NCBI GenBank assembly: GCA_965116905.1
Contig: OZ220732.1
Coordinates: 3,872,001-3,936,000 of the forward strand
DNA from: Longimicrobiales bacterium
GTDB lineage: Bacteria; Gemmatimonadota; Gemmatimonadetes; Longimicrobiales; Gaopeijiaceae
DNA length: 64,000 bases
Direction: 5' to 3'
Below the pieces are notes generated by a model that was not told where the DNA came from, made no database searches, and saw nothing but the letters and a program-made list of their open reading frames with translations. Within the stretch, counting starts at the first letter, position 1. Every line of letters starts with the position of its first letter. Shown here piece by piece: positions 38,938 through 49,018 of this stretch. The position numbers and the translations under genes are program-made.

Positions 38938-39675
38938 GTGACGGAAGTCGCCCCGGCTATCCTCGTTCAGGAGGCGGCCGGGGGCCTATCCGAAACGCTG
39001 GCCTCCAGCCCGCTCCTGGCTCTTGTCGTGCTCTTCGGAGCCGGGGTGGCGACCAGCCTGACGCCGTGCGTGTACCCGATGATTCCGATCACGGCCTCCG
39101 TGATCTCGGGGACGGCGACCGACGGGCAGCCCATGCGGCGGACCGTGGGCCTGACCATGACCTATGTCGTGGGAATGGCGCTGCTCTATGCCTTCCTGGG
39201 ACTCCTCGCCGGCCTTACCGGGACGCTCTTCGGCACCGTGAGCGCCAGCCCCTGGGCGCTCTTCGCGATCGGCAACCTGCTCGTGTTCTTTGCGCTGGCC
39301 ATGCTCGACGTGATCCCGGTGAGGGTGCCGCAGCGGTTGCTGACGTGGGCCGGGAGCCGGGAAGGCGGTTCCTACGGCGCCGTCTTCGTACTGGGGGCCA
39401 CCTCCGGCGTCGTGGCCGCTCCGTGTGGGGCACCGGCCTTTGCGGCGGTCTTGGCGTGGGTTGCGGCTACGAGGGCTGGCGCAATGGGGTTTCTCTACCT
39501 ATTCGTCTTTTCCCTGGGGATGACCGCCCTGCTGGTCGTGGTCGGGCTGTTCTCGGGCACCCTTTCGCGCCTTCCGAAGTCGGGGAAGTGGATGGTAACG
39601 GTGAAACGTCTCGCCGCTCTCGTCATGCTGGGGGTGGCGGAATACTACTTTATCCAAGTCGGATACAACCTGTGA
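38938..39675 (+). CDS. ccdA: CcdA/DsbD transmembrane electron transporter
   Basis: SLTPCVYP and APC motifs; start approximate. Confidence 0.82.
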   Translation: MTEVAPAILVQEAAGGLSETLASSPLLALVVLFGAGVATSLTPCVYPMIPITASVISGTATDGQPMRRTVGLTMTYVVGMALLYAFLGLLAGLTGTLFGTVSASPWALFAIGNLLVFFALAMLDVIPVRVPQRLLTWAGSREGGSYGAVFVLGATSGVVAAPCGAPAFAAVLAWVAATRAGAMGFLYLFVFSLGMTALLVVVGLFSGTLSRLPKSGKWMVTVKRLAALVMLGVAEYYFIQVGYNL

Positions 39676-40235
39676 GGAGCGAACCAGTGAGGAGCGAACC
39701 GGTGAGCGTAAAGAGGACCACCACGATTCTCTTGACCGGGATCGCGATCGCGGCGGCCGGTCCGGGCACCGCGGCGGCCCAGGACGACGGCCTGGGCCTC
39801 CCCCCGGGCACACAGGCGCCGGACGCCCAGGTTCAGGACCTCGACGGCAACGCCGTGTCGCTGCTGGACGTGGTGGGCAACGGCCCTGCGCTCATCGAAT
39901 TCTGGGCGTCGTGGTGCGAGCAGTGCGAGGCGCTGCAGCCCCAGATCGACGAGATCCAGACGCGCTTCTCCGATCGCATCACCGTGGTGGCCGTCGCCGT
40001 CGCCGTGAACCAGACGCCGAGGCGGATACGGCGTCATGTCGACCGGCACGCGCCCGGCTATGCATACGTGTACGACGCCGGGGGCGAGGCGGTGAGAGCC
40101 TATCAGGCCCTCACGACGGCGATTGTGGTGCTGGTGGACGGCGACGGGCGCATTGTCTCCACGGGCGTGGGGCCCGGGCAGGACCTGGTGGGCTCGGTGG
40201 AGTCGATGCTGGGGGCTGGACCCGCCGGGCACTGA
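39672..40235 (+). CDS. TlpA-family disulfide reductase
   Basis: FWASWCEQC; signal peptide; 15-bp repeat at the start gives three in-frame GTGs (39672, 39687, 39702). Confidence 0.85.
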   Translation: MRSEPVRSEPVSVKRTTTILLTGIAIAAAGPGTAAAQDDGLGLPPGTQAPDAQVQDLDGNAVSLLDVVGNGPALIEFWASWCEQCEALQPQIDEIQTRFSDRITVVAVAVAVNQTPRRIRRHVDRHAPGYAYVYDAGGEAVRAYQALTTAIVVLVDGDGRIVSTGVGPGQDLVGSVESMLGAGPAGH

Positions 40236-40301
40236 CGAACACGCGGCCCGGTTCCCGTTCGCATCCGCGCGGCGCCGGCCCCGCCCGGGGGCGTGGCAGC
40301 C

Positions 40302-40889
40302 CTACCCTTCGTCCGGCTCCGGTGTCACCTCGTCGATTACCGCGGCCAGTTCCTCGTATGCGGCCGGATCGACCTGGTTGAACTGCGGGATCACCTTCGC
40401 CACGCGGCCATCGGGCCCGACCACGATCACGGCGCGGCTCCCGACCATCCCGTTGTCCCGTAGCGATCCGCCGAACGCCATGAAGGCGCCGCCGTCCGGA
40501 TCGCTGCCGAAGAGGTAGGGGAAGTCCTCGTCCTTCAGCCAGGAAGCGCCCTCCTCGGCCGAATCGTTGGAAATCGCCATGAGCACCACGTTGCGGCCTT
40601 CGTTGAACAGTTCTGCGTACTGATCACGGTACGCTCTCATTTGAACCGTTCAGCCACGCGTCCTGACTCTGAAGAAAAACGCCAGGACCACCGTCTCGCC
40701 GCGGTAGTCGCTCAGGCGGACCCGGTCCGAGAGCACTCCGTGACGGGTCGCCCCGGTCAGTTCGAAGTCGGGCGCCATGGCGCCGACCTCGATGAGCCCG
40801 TCGCCCGCCTCCTGGGCCATCGCCCCGCTCGGCGCGCCAAGACCCACCACGGCAGCCAGCCCGGCCACCACCAGCAATCTACGAGTCAT
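40302..40889 (-). CDS. Peroxiredoxin (BCP/AhpC-like), probable selenoprotein (TxxU), secreted
   Basis: In-frame TGA at 40652-40650 in FFFRVRTRG-U-TVQM at the peroxidatic Cys position; signal peptide ending AMA-Q. Confidence 0.85.
40615..40634 (-). promoter_or_regulatory. Candidate bacterial SECIS hairpin
   Basis: GCGUAC-8nt-GUACGC 15 nt after the UGA; lower stem ACGGUUC/GAACUGU. Confidence 0.55.
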
Positions 40890-40907
40890 GCGGCTTCTCC
40901 TTGGGTG

Positions 40908-40957
40908 AGAGTATGTGAGTATGAGTATATGAGTATATGAGTATATGAGTATATGAG
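40908..40957. repeat. AT-rich 8-bp microsatellite (TGAGTATA)4 plus degenerate copies
   Basis: Perfect copies at 40922-40953. Confidence 0.92.
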
Positions 40958-40993
40958 CAGGAATCACTGCCCCACGTGCGATCGCCGTCGCAC

Positions 40994-41902
40994 TCAGTTG
41001 CTGCCCGCGGTCGCAGCCTTGATCGCCTTGACCGTCTGGTCGACCCGGAATCCCAGCAACTTTTTCCCGATATCGATCGTCGCTTCCTTGTCGGCGATGC
41101 TCACCCCGTTGATCGACGCCTTCCCCGCGGCGACCCGCTGCGCGTGGCGGACCGAAGACGGATCCTCGGTCATCATGATCGCGGTGATCACGAAGTCGTC
41201 GTGGAAGCCGTCGTTCGTGGGCTGGACGATCCCGAGCTCGCTCTCCATCCACTCGAAGACCTCGGCGTAGCGATAGAACTCGGGAATGAAGTGGGCGCGC
41301 GCGCTCCCACGCCACTGCTCGTCGAGTTCGGCCGCCACCGCCGCCATGCCGGCCTGGTTGCCCCCGCTGTCGCCGATGAAGACGATGTCGGTGAACCCGT
41401 GGGCGCGCAGGCTGCTCGCCATGTCGTCCAGGACCGCGCGGAACGTCTCCTCCCGCAGGCTGATCGTGCCCGGGTACCGCATGTGGCCCGACGGACTGTC
41501 GATGTCGCCTTCGGGGACGAGCTTGAGAACGGGGGCGCAGAGCGCGTTGCCCAGCTTGCGCGCGATGCCCTCGCAGGCGCCCGTCAGCACGTAGTTGTGC
41601 TTGCCCGTCGCGAGGTAGGGGCCGTTCTGCTCGATCCCGCCCGTCGAGATGATCGCGGTGGTCTTGCCCTCGCGGAGCGCGTCGCGCACCTCCATCCAGG
41701 TGAGTTCCTCGATCCAGACCGAGTTGAGGGCGTCGATCGGACGCTCCATCTGCATGTCGGCCAGGAGCGCTTCCGCCTGCCGCGCGGCCATCGTGGCGCG
41801 CTGCTCCGCGTTCATCGCACGCCGGCCCTGCTGTGCGTCACCGGTCCCCGGCGCGGCCAGCATCATTCCGGCCGCCGCCAGCACCCACCTCCGGTACTTC
41901 AT
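40994..41902 (-). CDS. Creatininase family protein, secreted
   Basis: EELTW.E, GGIEQNGP, PGTISL, GDSGGN. Confidence 0.88.
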   Translation of the reverse strand: MKYRRWVLAAAGMMLAAPGTGDAQQGRRAMNAEQRATMAARQAEALLADMQMERPIDALNSVWIEELTWMEVRDALREGKTTAIISTGGIEQNGPYLATGKHNYVLTGACEGIARKLGNALCAPVLKLVPEGDIDSPSGHMRYPGTISLREETFRAVLDDMASSLRAHGFTDIVFIGDSGGNQAGMAAVAAELDEQWRGSARAHFIPEFYRYAEVFEWMESELGIVQPTNDGFHDDFVITAIMMTEDPSSVRHAQRVAAGKASINGVSIADKEATIDIGKKLLGFRVDQTVKAIKAATAGSN

Positions 41903-42083
41903 CGCAAATCCTCCGTCTCCGGGGCTCCAACTTCACGAACCCTCACGCGGGCATCCGCCCACGCGCGTCGCGCACGTCGTTTTCCGCGCATGATTGTAGC
42001 GTTGGCGCCCTTCAAAGGCGACCTTTCGCGACCCGCCACAGCTTGCCACGAAAGAGCTCTACACTGCTTCAGGAGCGCCACCC

Positions 42084-43064
42084 ATGCACGCCGCACCCGC
42101 GACAGCCCGGTCCCGTCTCGCCTGCCTGGCACTGATCCCACTCCTGGCCCATTCCTGCTCCCCCGCGCCGGCCGACGACGTCCTCCGCACGGCGGACCCC
42201 TACGCCCGCGGCTACACCGACGCCGACTTCCCGCGCGTCCAGGAACTCGCCCCCGGGGTCTACTCGTACGAGCAGCTGCGCTCCGCGGGCGACGAGCGCT
42301 TCACCACCGTGAGCATGTTCGTCGTGACGGACGAAGGCGTCCTGGTCGCCGACGGCCAGGGCAGCCCGGACGAGACGCGGCGCATGATCGAGACCATCGC
42401 CGGCATCACCGACCGGCCCATCACCCACGTCGTTGTCTGCTCCGACCACGGCGACCACACGGCAGGCAACTCCGAGTTCCCCGCCGACGCCCGCTTCTAC
42501 GCCCACCCCACCTCCCAGGCGGTACTGCAGGTGGTCGCCGACAACCCGATCCGCCCCGACGACGCGCCCCCGGTCGTGGTGCCCACCCACCTGGTCGAGA
42601 GCGGCGAGACGCTTCACCTCGGCGGGCGCGAGATCCGGCTCCTCTTCCTGGGACGCGCCCACACCGGCGGCGACCTGGTCGTGCACCTGCCCGCCGAGAA
42701 GATCCTCTTCATGAGCGAGGCGTACCTGAACCGGGTCTTCCCGGCGATGCGCTCGGCCTACCCGTCCGAGTGGGTGGCGATGATCGAGGCCGCGCAGGAG
42801 ATGGACGTGGACATCTACGTGCCGGGGCACGGCTTCGTGGACTCGCCCGCGGTCCTCGCCGAGGAACTCGAGACCTACCGGCAGGCCGTCGTCCAGGTGA
42901 TCGCCGAGGCCACCCGCCTCCACAACGCCGGGCTAGCGCTCGAAGACGCCGTCGCGCAGGCCGACTTCGGGGCCCTGGACGGCTGGTCGCTCCGCGCCAG
43001 CCAGGCGCCGAGGGCCATCGGCCGCGTCTACATGGAACTGAACGGGGAGCTGCCGCGGCCCTGA
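42084..43064 (+). CDS. Metallo-beta-lactamase fold lipoprotein
   Basis: SDHGDH, HTGGD, PGHG; lipobox-like AHSC. Confidence 0.82.
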   Translation: MHAAPATARSRLACLALIPLLAHSCSPAPADDVLRTADPYARGYTDADFPRVQELAPGVYSYEQLRSAGDERFTTVSMFVVTDEGVLVADGQGSPDETRRMIETIAGITDRPITHVVVCSDHGDHTAGNSEFPADARFYAHPTSQAVLQVVADNPIRPDDAPPVVVPTHLVESGETLHLGGREIRLLFLGRAHTGGDLVVHLPAEKILFMSEAYLNRVFPAMRSAYPSEWVAMIEAAQEMDVDIYVPGHGFVDSPAVLAEELETYRQAVVQVIAEATRLHNAGLALEDAVAQADFGALDGWSLRASQAPRAIGRVYMELNGELPRP

Positions 43065-43074
43065 CACCAATGCC

Positions 43075-45144
43075 GTGACGCCGCCCCACTGGCCCCCCGC
43101 CGAGGTCCGCCATATTCTCAAGCGGCTCCAACTACACCAGTCCCATCCGGAGGAACATGTGAAACCGACCATTCGGGCCTCAGCGGGCCGCACGCTCGCC
43201 GCCGCCCTCTCCCTCTCAGCCCTCACCGTCGTCGCGCTCTCCCTCGCCGCCCCGCCCGCCGCCTCGGCACAGGACGGCGAGTGGCGCTACTGGGGTGCCG
43301 ACGCTGCGAGCTCCCGCTATTCCCCCCTCGACCAGATCGACGCCTCCAACTTCAGCGACCTCGAAATCGCGTGGACGTGGCGCGGCGACAACTTCAGCCC
43401 CAACCCCACGCAATACCTGCGTGCGACTCCGATCTACGTGAACGGGACGCTTTATTCGGTGGCCGGCACCCGCCGCACCGCCGTCGCGATCGATCCCGCG
43501 ACCGGCGAGACCCTGTGGACCTTCCGCGAGCCCCACACCAAGCGCTGGGAGGACTCGATGCGGAAGGACTACGGCAAGGGCGTCGCCTATGCCGAGGTGG
43601 ACGGGCGCGGCATGATCTACCTGGTCACCCCCGCCTTCTTCATGCACGCGTTGGATCCCGAGACCGGGCACCCCATCGAGTCCTTCGGCAAGCACGGGAC
43701 CGTCGACCTCCTGGCCAACCTCGGCCCCTGGGAGCACCACCCCGAAGACGGCCTGCCCCCCGAGGTCGGCTACATCACCAACTCGTCGCCCCCGATCGTC
43801 GTCAACGGCGTGGTCGTGGTCGGCAACTCCCACGAACAGGGCTACTTCCAGACCCGGAAGGAGAACGTGCCCGGCAACGTCCTCGCGTACGACGCGGCGA
43901 CCGGCGAGCACATGTGGACCTTCAACGTGATCCCGCAGGAGGGCGAGTTCGGCAACGACACCTGGGAGAACGACGCCTGGAAGTGGACCGGCAACGTGTC
44001 GGCGTGGGCGCCCCTCTCGGCGGACCCCGAGCTGGGCCTCGTCTACGTCGTCACCGACCCGCCGACGATCGACTACTACGGCGGCTTCCACCCCGGCGAC
44101 AACCTCTTCGCCACGTCCATCCTCGCGATCGACGTGCAGACGGGCGAGCGGCGCTGGCACTACCAGACCGTGCACCACGACGTCTGGAACTACGACAACC
44201 CCACCGCGCCCAACCTCGTGGACATCAACGTCGACGGGCGCGCCATCAAGGCGATCGTGCAGACCACCAAGCAGGGCTGGGCCTACGTCCTCGACCGCGA
44301 GACCGGCGAGCCCGTCTGGCCGATCGAGGAGCGCCCGGTCCCGCAGTCCGACGTGCCCGGCGAGCAGCTGTCGCCGACGCAGCCCTTCGTCACCCGTCCC
44401 GCCCCCTACGAGATGCAGGGCATCACCGAGGACGACCTGATCGACTTCACCCCGGAGCTCCGCGCAATGGCGCTCGACATCGTGAAGGATTTCCGGCTGG
44501 GCCCGCTCTTCAATCCCCCCTCGATCGAAGGCGCCGCCGACGGCACGCAGGCCGCCATACACTGTCCCGGAGCCAACGGCGGGGCCAACATCCCCGGCGG
44601 CGCCGCGGTGGACCCCGAGACGGCGATCCTCTACGTCGCCTCGACCCGCGGCTGCAGCGCCCCGCGTCTCCAGCCGGGCAAGGACGTGGACGCCGACGCC
44701 AACGTCGACTGGGTGAGCGTCGGACCGGGCGGTGTTCGAGGTCCCCAGGGACTGCCGATCTTCAAGCCCCCGTACGGCACCATCACGGCCATCGACCTCA
44801 ACACCGGCGATCACGTCTGGCAGATCCCCAACGGCCACACCCCGGACGCGATCCGCAACCACCCGCTCCTCGAGGGCGTCGACATCGGCAACACCGGCGC
44901 GCGCTCGCACGCGACCAAGCTGGTGACCAGCACCCTGCTCATGTACGCCGAGGGCCGCGGCGCCGCCCCCGTATTCCGCGCGGTCGACAAGATGACCGGC
45001 AAGGAACTGGGATCCGTCGAGATCCCCGGATCCACCGTCACGGCCCCGATGACCTACATGCACGAGGGCTTCCAGTACGTGGTGATGGCGATCAACCGGC
45101 GCGGGCTCCCGGGCTCGCTGGTGGCGCTGCGCCTGCCGGAGTAG
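43075..45144 (+). CDS. PQQ-dependent dehydrogenase (glucose/quinate family)
   Basis: RYSPLDQI, WHYQTVHHDVWNYD, PPYG, PMTY; real start possibly GTG near 43159. Confidence 0.9.
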   Translation: MTPPHWPPAEVRHILKRLQLHQSHPEEHVKPTIRASAGRTLAAALSLSALTVVALSLAAPPAASAQDGEWRYWGADAASSRYSPLDQIDASNFSDLEIAWTWRGDNFSPNPTQYLRATPIYVNGTLYSVAGTRRTAVAIDPATGETLWTFREPHTKRWEDSMRKDYGKGVAYAEVDGRGMIYLVTPAFFMHALDPETGHPIESFGKHGTVDLLANLGPWEHHPEDGLPPEVGYITNSSPPIVVNGVVVVGNSHEQGYFQTRKENVPGNVLAYDAATGEHMWTFNVIPQEGEFGNDTWENDAWKWTGNVSAWAPLSADPELGLVYVVTDPPTIDYYGGFHPGDNLFATSILAIDVQTGERRWHYQTVHHDVWNYDNPTAPNLVDINVDGRAIKAIVQTTKQGWAYVLDRETGEPVWPIEERPVPQSDVPGEQLSPTQPFVTRPAPYEMQGITEDDLIDFTPELRAMALDIVKDFRLGPLFNPPSIEGAADGTQAAIHCPGANGGANIPGGAAVDPETAILYVASTRGCSAPRLQPGKDVDADANVDWVSVGPGGVRGPQGLPIFKPPYGTITAIDLNTGDHVWQIPNGHTPDAIRNHPLLEGVDIGNTGARSHATKLVTSTLLMYAEGRGAAPVFRAVDKMTGKELGSVEIPGSTVTAPMTYMHEGFQYVVMAINRRGLPGSLVALRLPE

Positions 45145-45146
45145 GA

Positions 45147-46034
45147 ATGAGGACGACGAAACCGGCGGCGGCCGCGCTCGCCGCGCTGACCGGCATCCTT
45201 CTGGCCACGGGGTGCCTGCGGGATACCCCGCCGGGGGGTGGCGCCGATCCGGCCACCGCGGGCGCTGCCCAGGCCACGGCGGGCGCGGCCCCCATCGGCC
45301 TCTTCGACGGCACGGCGGGCGAGTGGATCGACCTGTCCCACGCGTTCGGCCCGTCGACCATCTACTGGCCCACCGACACCCTGGGCTTCCAGCTCAACGA
45401 ATTGGCGTACGGCCACACCGAGGCCGGCTATTTCTACGCATCCTACTCCTTCGCGTCGGCCGAGCACGGCGGCACCCACCTGGACGCGCCGATCCACTTC
45501 GCCGAGGGGCGCCAGGCCGCCCACGAAATCCCGCTCTCCCGCCTCATTGCCCCGGCCTCGGTGGTTGACGTCTCGGCGGGGGCCGACGCCGACCCGGACT
45601 ACCTCCTGTCGGTCGACGACCTCACCGCGTGGGAGGCCGAGCACGGCCCGCTCGCCGACGGCACCGCGCTGCTCATCCGCACCGGGTGGTCCTCACGCTG
45701 GAGCGACCGCACCGCCTACCTGGGCACCGACCTGACCGGCCCCGATGCCGTGCCCGAACTGCACTTCCCGGGCATCGGCACCGAGGCCGCGCAGTGGCTC
45801 GTCGACAACCGCAACATCGGCGCGATCGGCCTCGACACACCCAGCATCGACTACGGCCAATCCACCGACTTCCGGTCGCACGTGATCCTCTACAGCGACA
45901 ACATCGTGGGGTTCGAGAACCTCACCAACCTGGACCGGCTGCCGCCCACCGGCGCCGGAATCGTCGCGCTCCCGATGAAGATCGAGGGCGGGAGCGGCGG
46001 GCCGCTGAGGATCGTGGGGTGGGTGCCGGGCTGA
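45147..46034 (+). CDS. Cyclase / kynurenine formamidase-like family lipoprotein
   Basis: EHGGTHLDAP.HF, GLDTPSID, ENL, GSGGPLR. Confidence 0.88.
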   Translation: MRTTKPAAAALAALTGILLATGCLRDTPPGGGADPATAGAAQATAGAAPIGLFDGTAGEWIDLSHAFGPSTIYWPTDTLGFQLNELAYGHTEAGYFYASYSFASAEHGGTHLDAPIHFAEGRQAAHEIPLSRLIAPASVVDVSAGADADPDYLLSVDDLTAWEAEHGPLADGTALLIRTGWSSRWSDRTAYLGTDLTGPDAVPELHFPGIGTEAAQWLVDNRNIGAIGLDTPSIDYGQSTDFRSHVILYSDNIVGFENLTNLDRLPPTGAGIVALPMKIEGGSGGPLRIVGWVPG

Positions 46035-48815
46035 TCACCGCGTCTCCCACAGCCAGTCGTAGCTGAGGCGCACGTAGTAGTAGCCGCCGTTGAAGCCGTA
46101 GGGAGCACTCTCGGGATAGAGCGCGCCGAGGCCGGACGCGGCGGGATTCTCGTCCGGGTAGGTGTTGAACAGGTTGTTGGCGCCGAAGGCGATCGCCGCG
46201 TTGTCCGCCACCGGCACCGAGACTTCGGCGTCGAAGAGAACGCGCGCGCCGTACCGGAGATCGGGGTCGCTGAGTTCGGAATCGTAGAAGCCGTCGTAGT
46301 AGGTCCCCCGGACCAGGGCGCTCAGGCTGCCCAGTTGCTGCGACAGGCTGAGCACGCTGCGGTAGCGCGGCAGCGCCCGCTCGAGCTGGTCCACCCGCGC
46401 GTCGTTCACGACTTCCGGGTTGCGCTCGGTGACCTGGGTGCCGGTGTAGTTGAAGAGCAGGCTCACGTTGGTCGCCTCGCCGGGCGAGTAGTTCGCCACC
46501 AGGTCGATGCCCTGGGTGAGGGTCGCGAAGTCGTTGGTGAAGAAGCGGAACTCCGCGAGGTTCGCGGCGCTCGTCACCCCCTCCGAAACCAGCTGCGTGA
46601 CCTCGTTGGGCTCGAGCTTGAAGGTCCTGGTCTGCGCAAAGCGATCCGAGATCGAGATGCGGAAGTAGTCCGCCGTGAATCGGAACGCGCCCGCCTCGTA
46701 CATGACGCCGCCGGTAAGGCTGACCGACGTCTCGGGCTCCAGCTGCCTGCCCCCACGCGTCCTTGCCACCTCCGAGGTGGAGGGAATGGTACCGCGATTG
46801 ACCAGATCGCCGAGCTCGGTGTCGAAGACCGTCGAGACGTTGAAGGCATTCTGCTGCCCCGGCGTGGGTGCGCGGAAGCCGGTGTTGGCGTTCGCGCGGA
46901 ACGCGATCCGGTCGGTGGCCTCGAATCGGAAGGAGACCTTACCGGTCGCCTTGCCGCCGAAGTCGGAGAAGTTCTCGTAGCGGCCCGCGATCCCGATGGC
47001 CCAGGGATCGTCGGCCCTGCCCAGGTTCAGGTCGGCATACACCGCGGTGTTGCTGCGCGTCCAGTCGCCGGCGGCCAGCGGGCTGAAGCCGGGGAAGCCG
47101 TTGGACGAGGAACTGAAGCCCTGGGCGGCGTACGGCCCGATCTTCCAGGACTCGTCCTGGCCCTGCCCGATCTCGAAGCGCTCCTCGCGCTGCTCGAACC
47201 CGGCCGCGACGTTGGCCGCATCGTTGACCTGATAGGAGAGATCGAGGTTGAGGTTGATCTCTTCCTGGTTGTACAGACCGGGGTCGAAGTCCGTGGGCGT
47301 GTCCGGACCGAGGGCCGCGTTCACCGTGTTGTAGATGAAGAAGTCGGCCAGGTTCCGGCCCCAGCTCGTACTGGCATCCCAGTGGACGCCGCTGTCGGTA
47401 CGGCCCCTGATGCCGCCGACGATCGAGGCGTCGAAGACCTCGCCGCCGAACTGCGGCGTGAAGCCACCGGGGAACATCTCCTGGTAGGAGAAGCAGTTCG
47501 GGTCGTCGAACACCTGCTGGAGCGCGGCCTGGTCGGGGATGTTGTTGGTGATCGTCACGACCGGGCAGTTGGCCGATCCCAGGCCCTTCGCCTGCAGCAC
47601 GTCGCCGATCAGCAGCGTCGCGCCGCCATCGCCCGAGAAGACGCCGCCGCGAGTGTTCGGGTTGCGGAAGAAGAAGCCGCCGTCCACTCGCTTCGTGGCG
47701 ATGTTGCCGAAGGCGTAGACCTGCTCGTCGTCGTCGAAGTTGTAGCCGGTGTTGAGGAAGACCTTGAGGTCGTCGGAGACCCTCGGGGAACCCCAGACCT
47801 GCGCGGTCGGCGTCCGCACGGCCGTGTTGCCCGCCGCGACGAGCCCGGCCGCGTCGTTTCGCTGGATGGCGCGGTCCGTCGGCTCCTGGTTGCCGTACTC
47901 CACGCTGACGTTGGCGAATCCTGACTCGCCGAGCGGGATTCCGAAATTGCCCGCCACCGAGGTCGCGTTCCCGTGGCCGCCCCAGCTCCGGTCCGAGCCA
48001 TCGAGAAACTCGTCGCCGTCGAAGTGCCGGCCCTGTTTGACCTGCACCGACCCGCCCGAGCGGTCGTTCTTCAGCTGGAAGTTCAGCACGCCGGCGATGG
48101 CGTCCGAGCCGTACTGCGCCGAGGCACCGTCGCGCAGCACCTCCACCTGCCGCAGCGCGATGCCCGGGATGGCCCCGATGTCGGGCCCCTGGGCGCCGTC
48201 GGAAAGCCCTCCGCCGAGCCAGGTGATCACCGCGCCCCGGTGTCGGCGCTTGCCGTTGATAAGCACCAGCGTGTGGTCGGACGCAAGGCCGCGCAGGTTG
48301 GCCGGCCGCGAGATCGTCGCCGCGTCACTGATCGGCTGGATGTTCACGTTGTACGAGGGAACGACGTTGCGAAGCAGGAAGTCGATATTGGTCTCGGCCT
48401 GCCGCGAGATCTCCGACACCGGGATCACGTCGACGGGCACCATCGACTCGGTGACGGTTCTGGGCCTCGTGCGGCTTCCCACCACCACAAGCTCGTTCAG
48501 TTCGAATGCCGCGATTCCGAGTGCGATATCCAGGGTGACGGACTGCCCCGAGGCGACCGTCACGTCCTGGGTCTGCAGTCCGTATCCGAGGAGCCGGACT
48601 TCAAGGGTATGGGTGCCGGCAGGCACGCCGGTGATCGAGAAGGTGCCCGTCGCGCCGGTGTACTCCACCAGGCCGAGGGCGGGGATTTCGACCCGGGCGT
48701 TCCCGAGTCCCATCGCGCTGTCTCCACTGCGAACGGTTCCTTCTATCGTGCCCTGGGCGAGAGCCGTCGCCGGCATGGCCAACAGGGCGAGAATCATAAA
48801 TCCACGCTTGATCAT
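46035..48815 (-). CDS. TonB-dependent receptor with N-terminal carboxypeptidase-regulatory-like domain
   Basis: VVVGSR, LVLINGKR, EVLRDGASAQYGSDAIAGVLNF, NNLFN; ATG 48815. Confidence 0.92.
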   Translation of the reverse strand: MIKRGFMILALLAMPATALAQGTIEGTVRSGDSAMGLGNARVEIPALGLVEYTGATGTFSITGVPAGTHTLEVRLLGYGLQTQDVTVASGQSVTLDIALGIAAFELNELVVVGSRTRPRTVTESMVPVDVIPVSEISRQAETNIDFLLRNVVPSYNVNIQPISDAATISRPANLRGLASDHTLVLINGKRRHRGAVITWLGGGLSDGAQGPDIGAIPGIALRQVEVLRDGASAQYGSDAIAGVLNFQLKNDRSGGSVQVKQGRHFDGDEFLDGSDRSWGGHGNATSVAGNFGIPLGESGFANVSVEYGNQEPTDRAIQRNDAAGLVAAGNTAVRTPTAQVWGSPRVSDDLKVFLNTGYNFDDDEQVYAFGNIATKRVDGGFFFRNPNTRGGVFSGDGGATLLIGDVLQAKGLGSANCPVVTITNNIPDQAALQQVFDDPNCFSYQEMFPGGFTPQFGGEVFDASIVGGIRGRTDSGVHWDASTSWGRNLADFFIYNTVNAALGPDTPTDFDPGLYNQEEINLNLDLSYQVNDAANVAAGFEQREERFEIGQGQDESWKIGPYAAQGFSSSSNGFPGFSPLAAGDWTRSNTAVYADLNLGRADDPWAIGIAGRYENFSDFGGKATGKVSFRFEATDRIAFRANANTGFRAPTPGQQNAFNVSTVFDTELGDLVNRGTIPSTSEVARTRGGRQLEPETSVSLTGGVMYEAGAFRFTADYFRISISDRFAQTRTFKLEPNEVTQLVSEGVTSAANLAEFRFFTNDFATLTQGIDLVANYSPGEATNVSLLFNYTGTQVTERNPEVVNDARVDQLERALPRYRSVLSLSQQLGSLSALVRGTYYDGFYDSELSDPDLRYGARVLFDAEVSVPVADNAAIAFGANNLFNTYPDENPAASGLGALYPESAPYGFNGGYYYVRLSYDWLWETR

Positions 48816-49018
48816 TCGTGTTGTCTCCCTGGAGTGTTCAACGAGATACGTTCGACATACGCCGTCACCGACGAGAAGTGTCACCGACGAGGAGCGTCAC
48901 CGAAGATAAGTGTCTCCGATGCGATTGTGTTGCCCCGTCCCGTCGACGTGCGCATTCTGGACCGACCTGCCGCTACCACGGTATCCCGTAGTATCCGGAT
49001 CTCGAATGGAGGTTCCCA

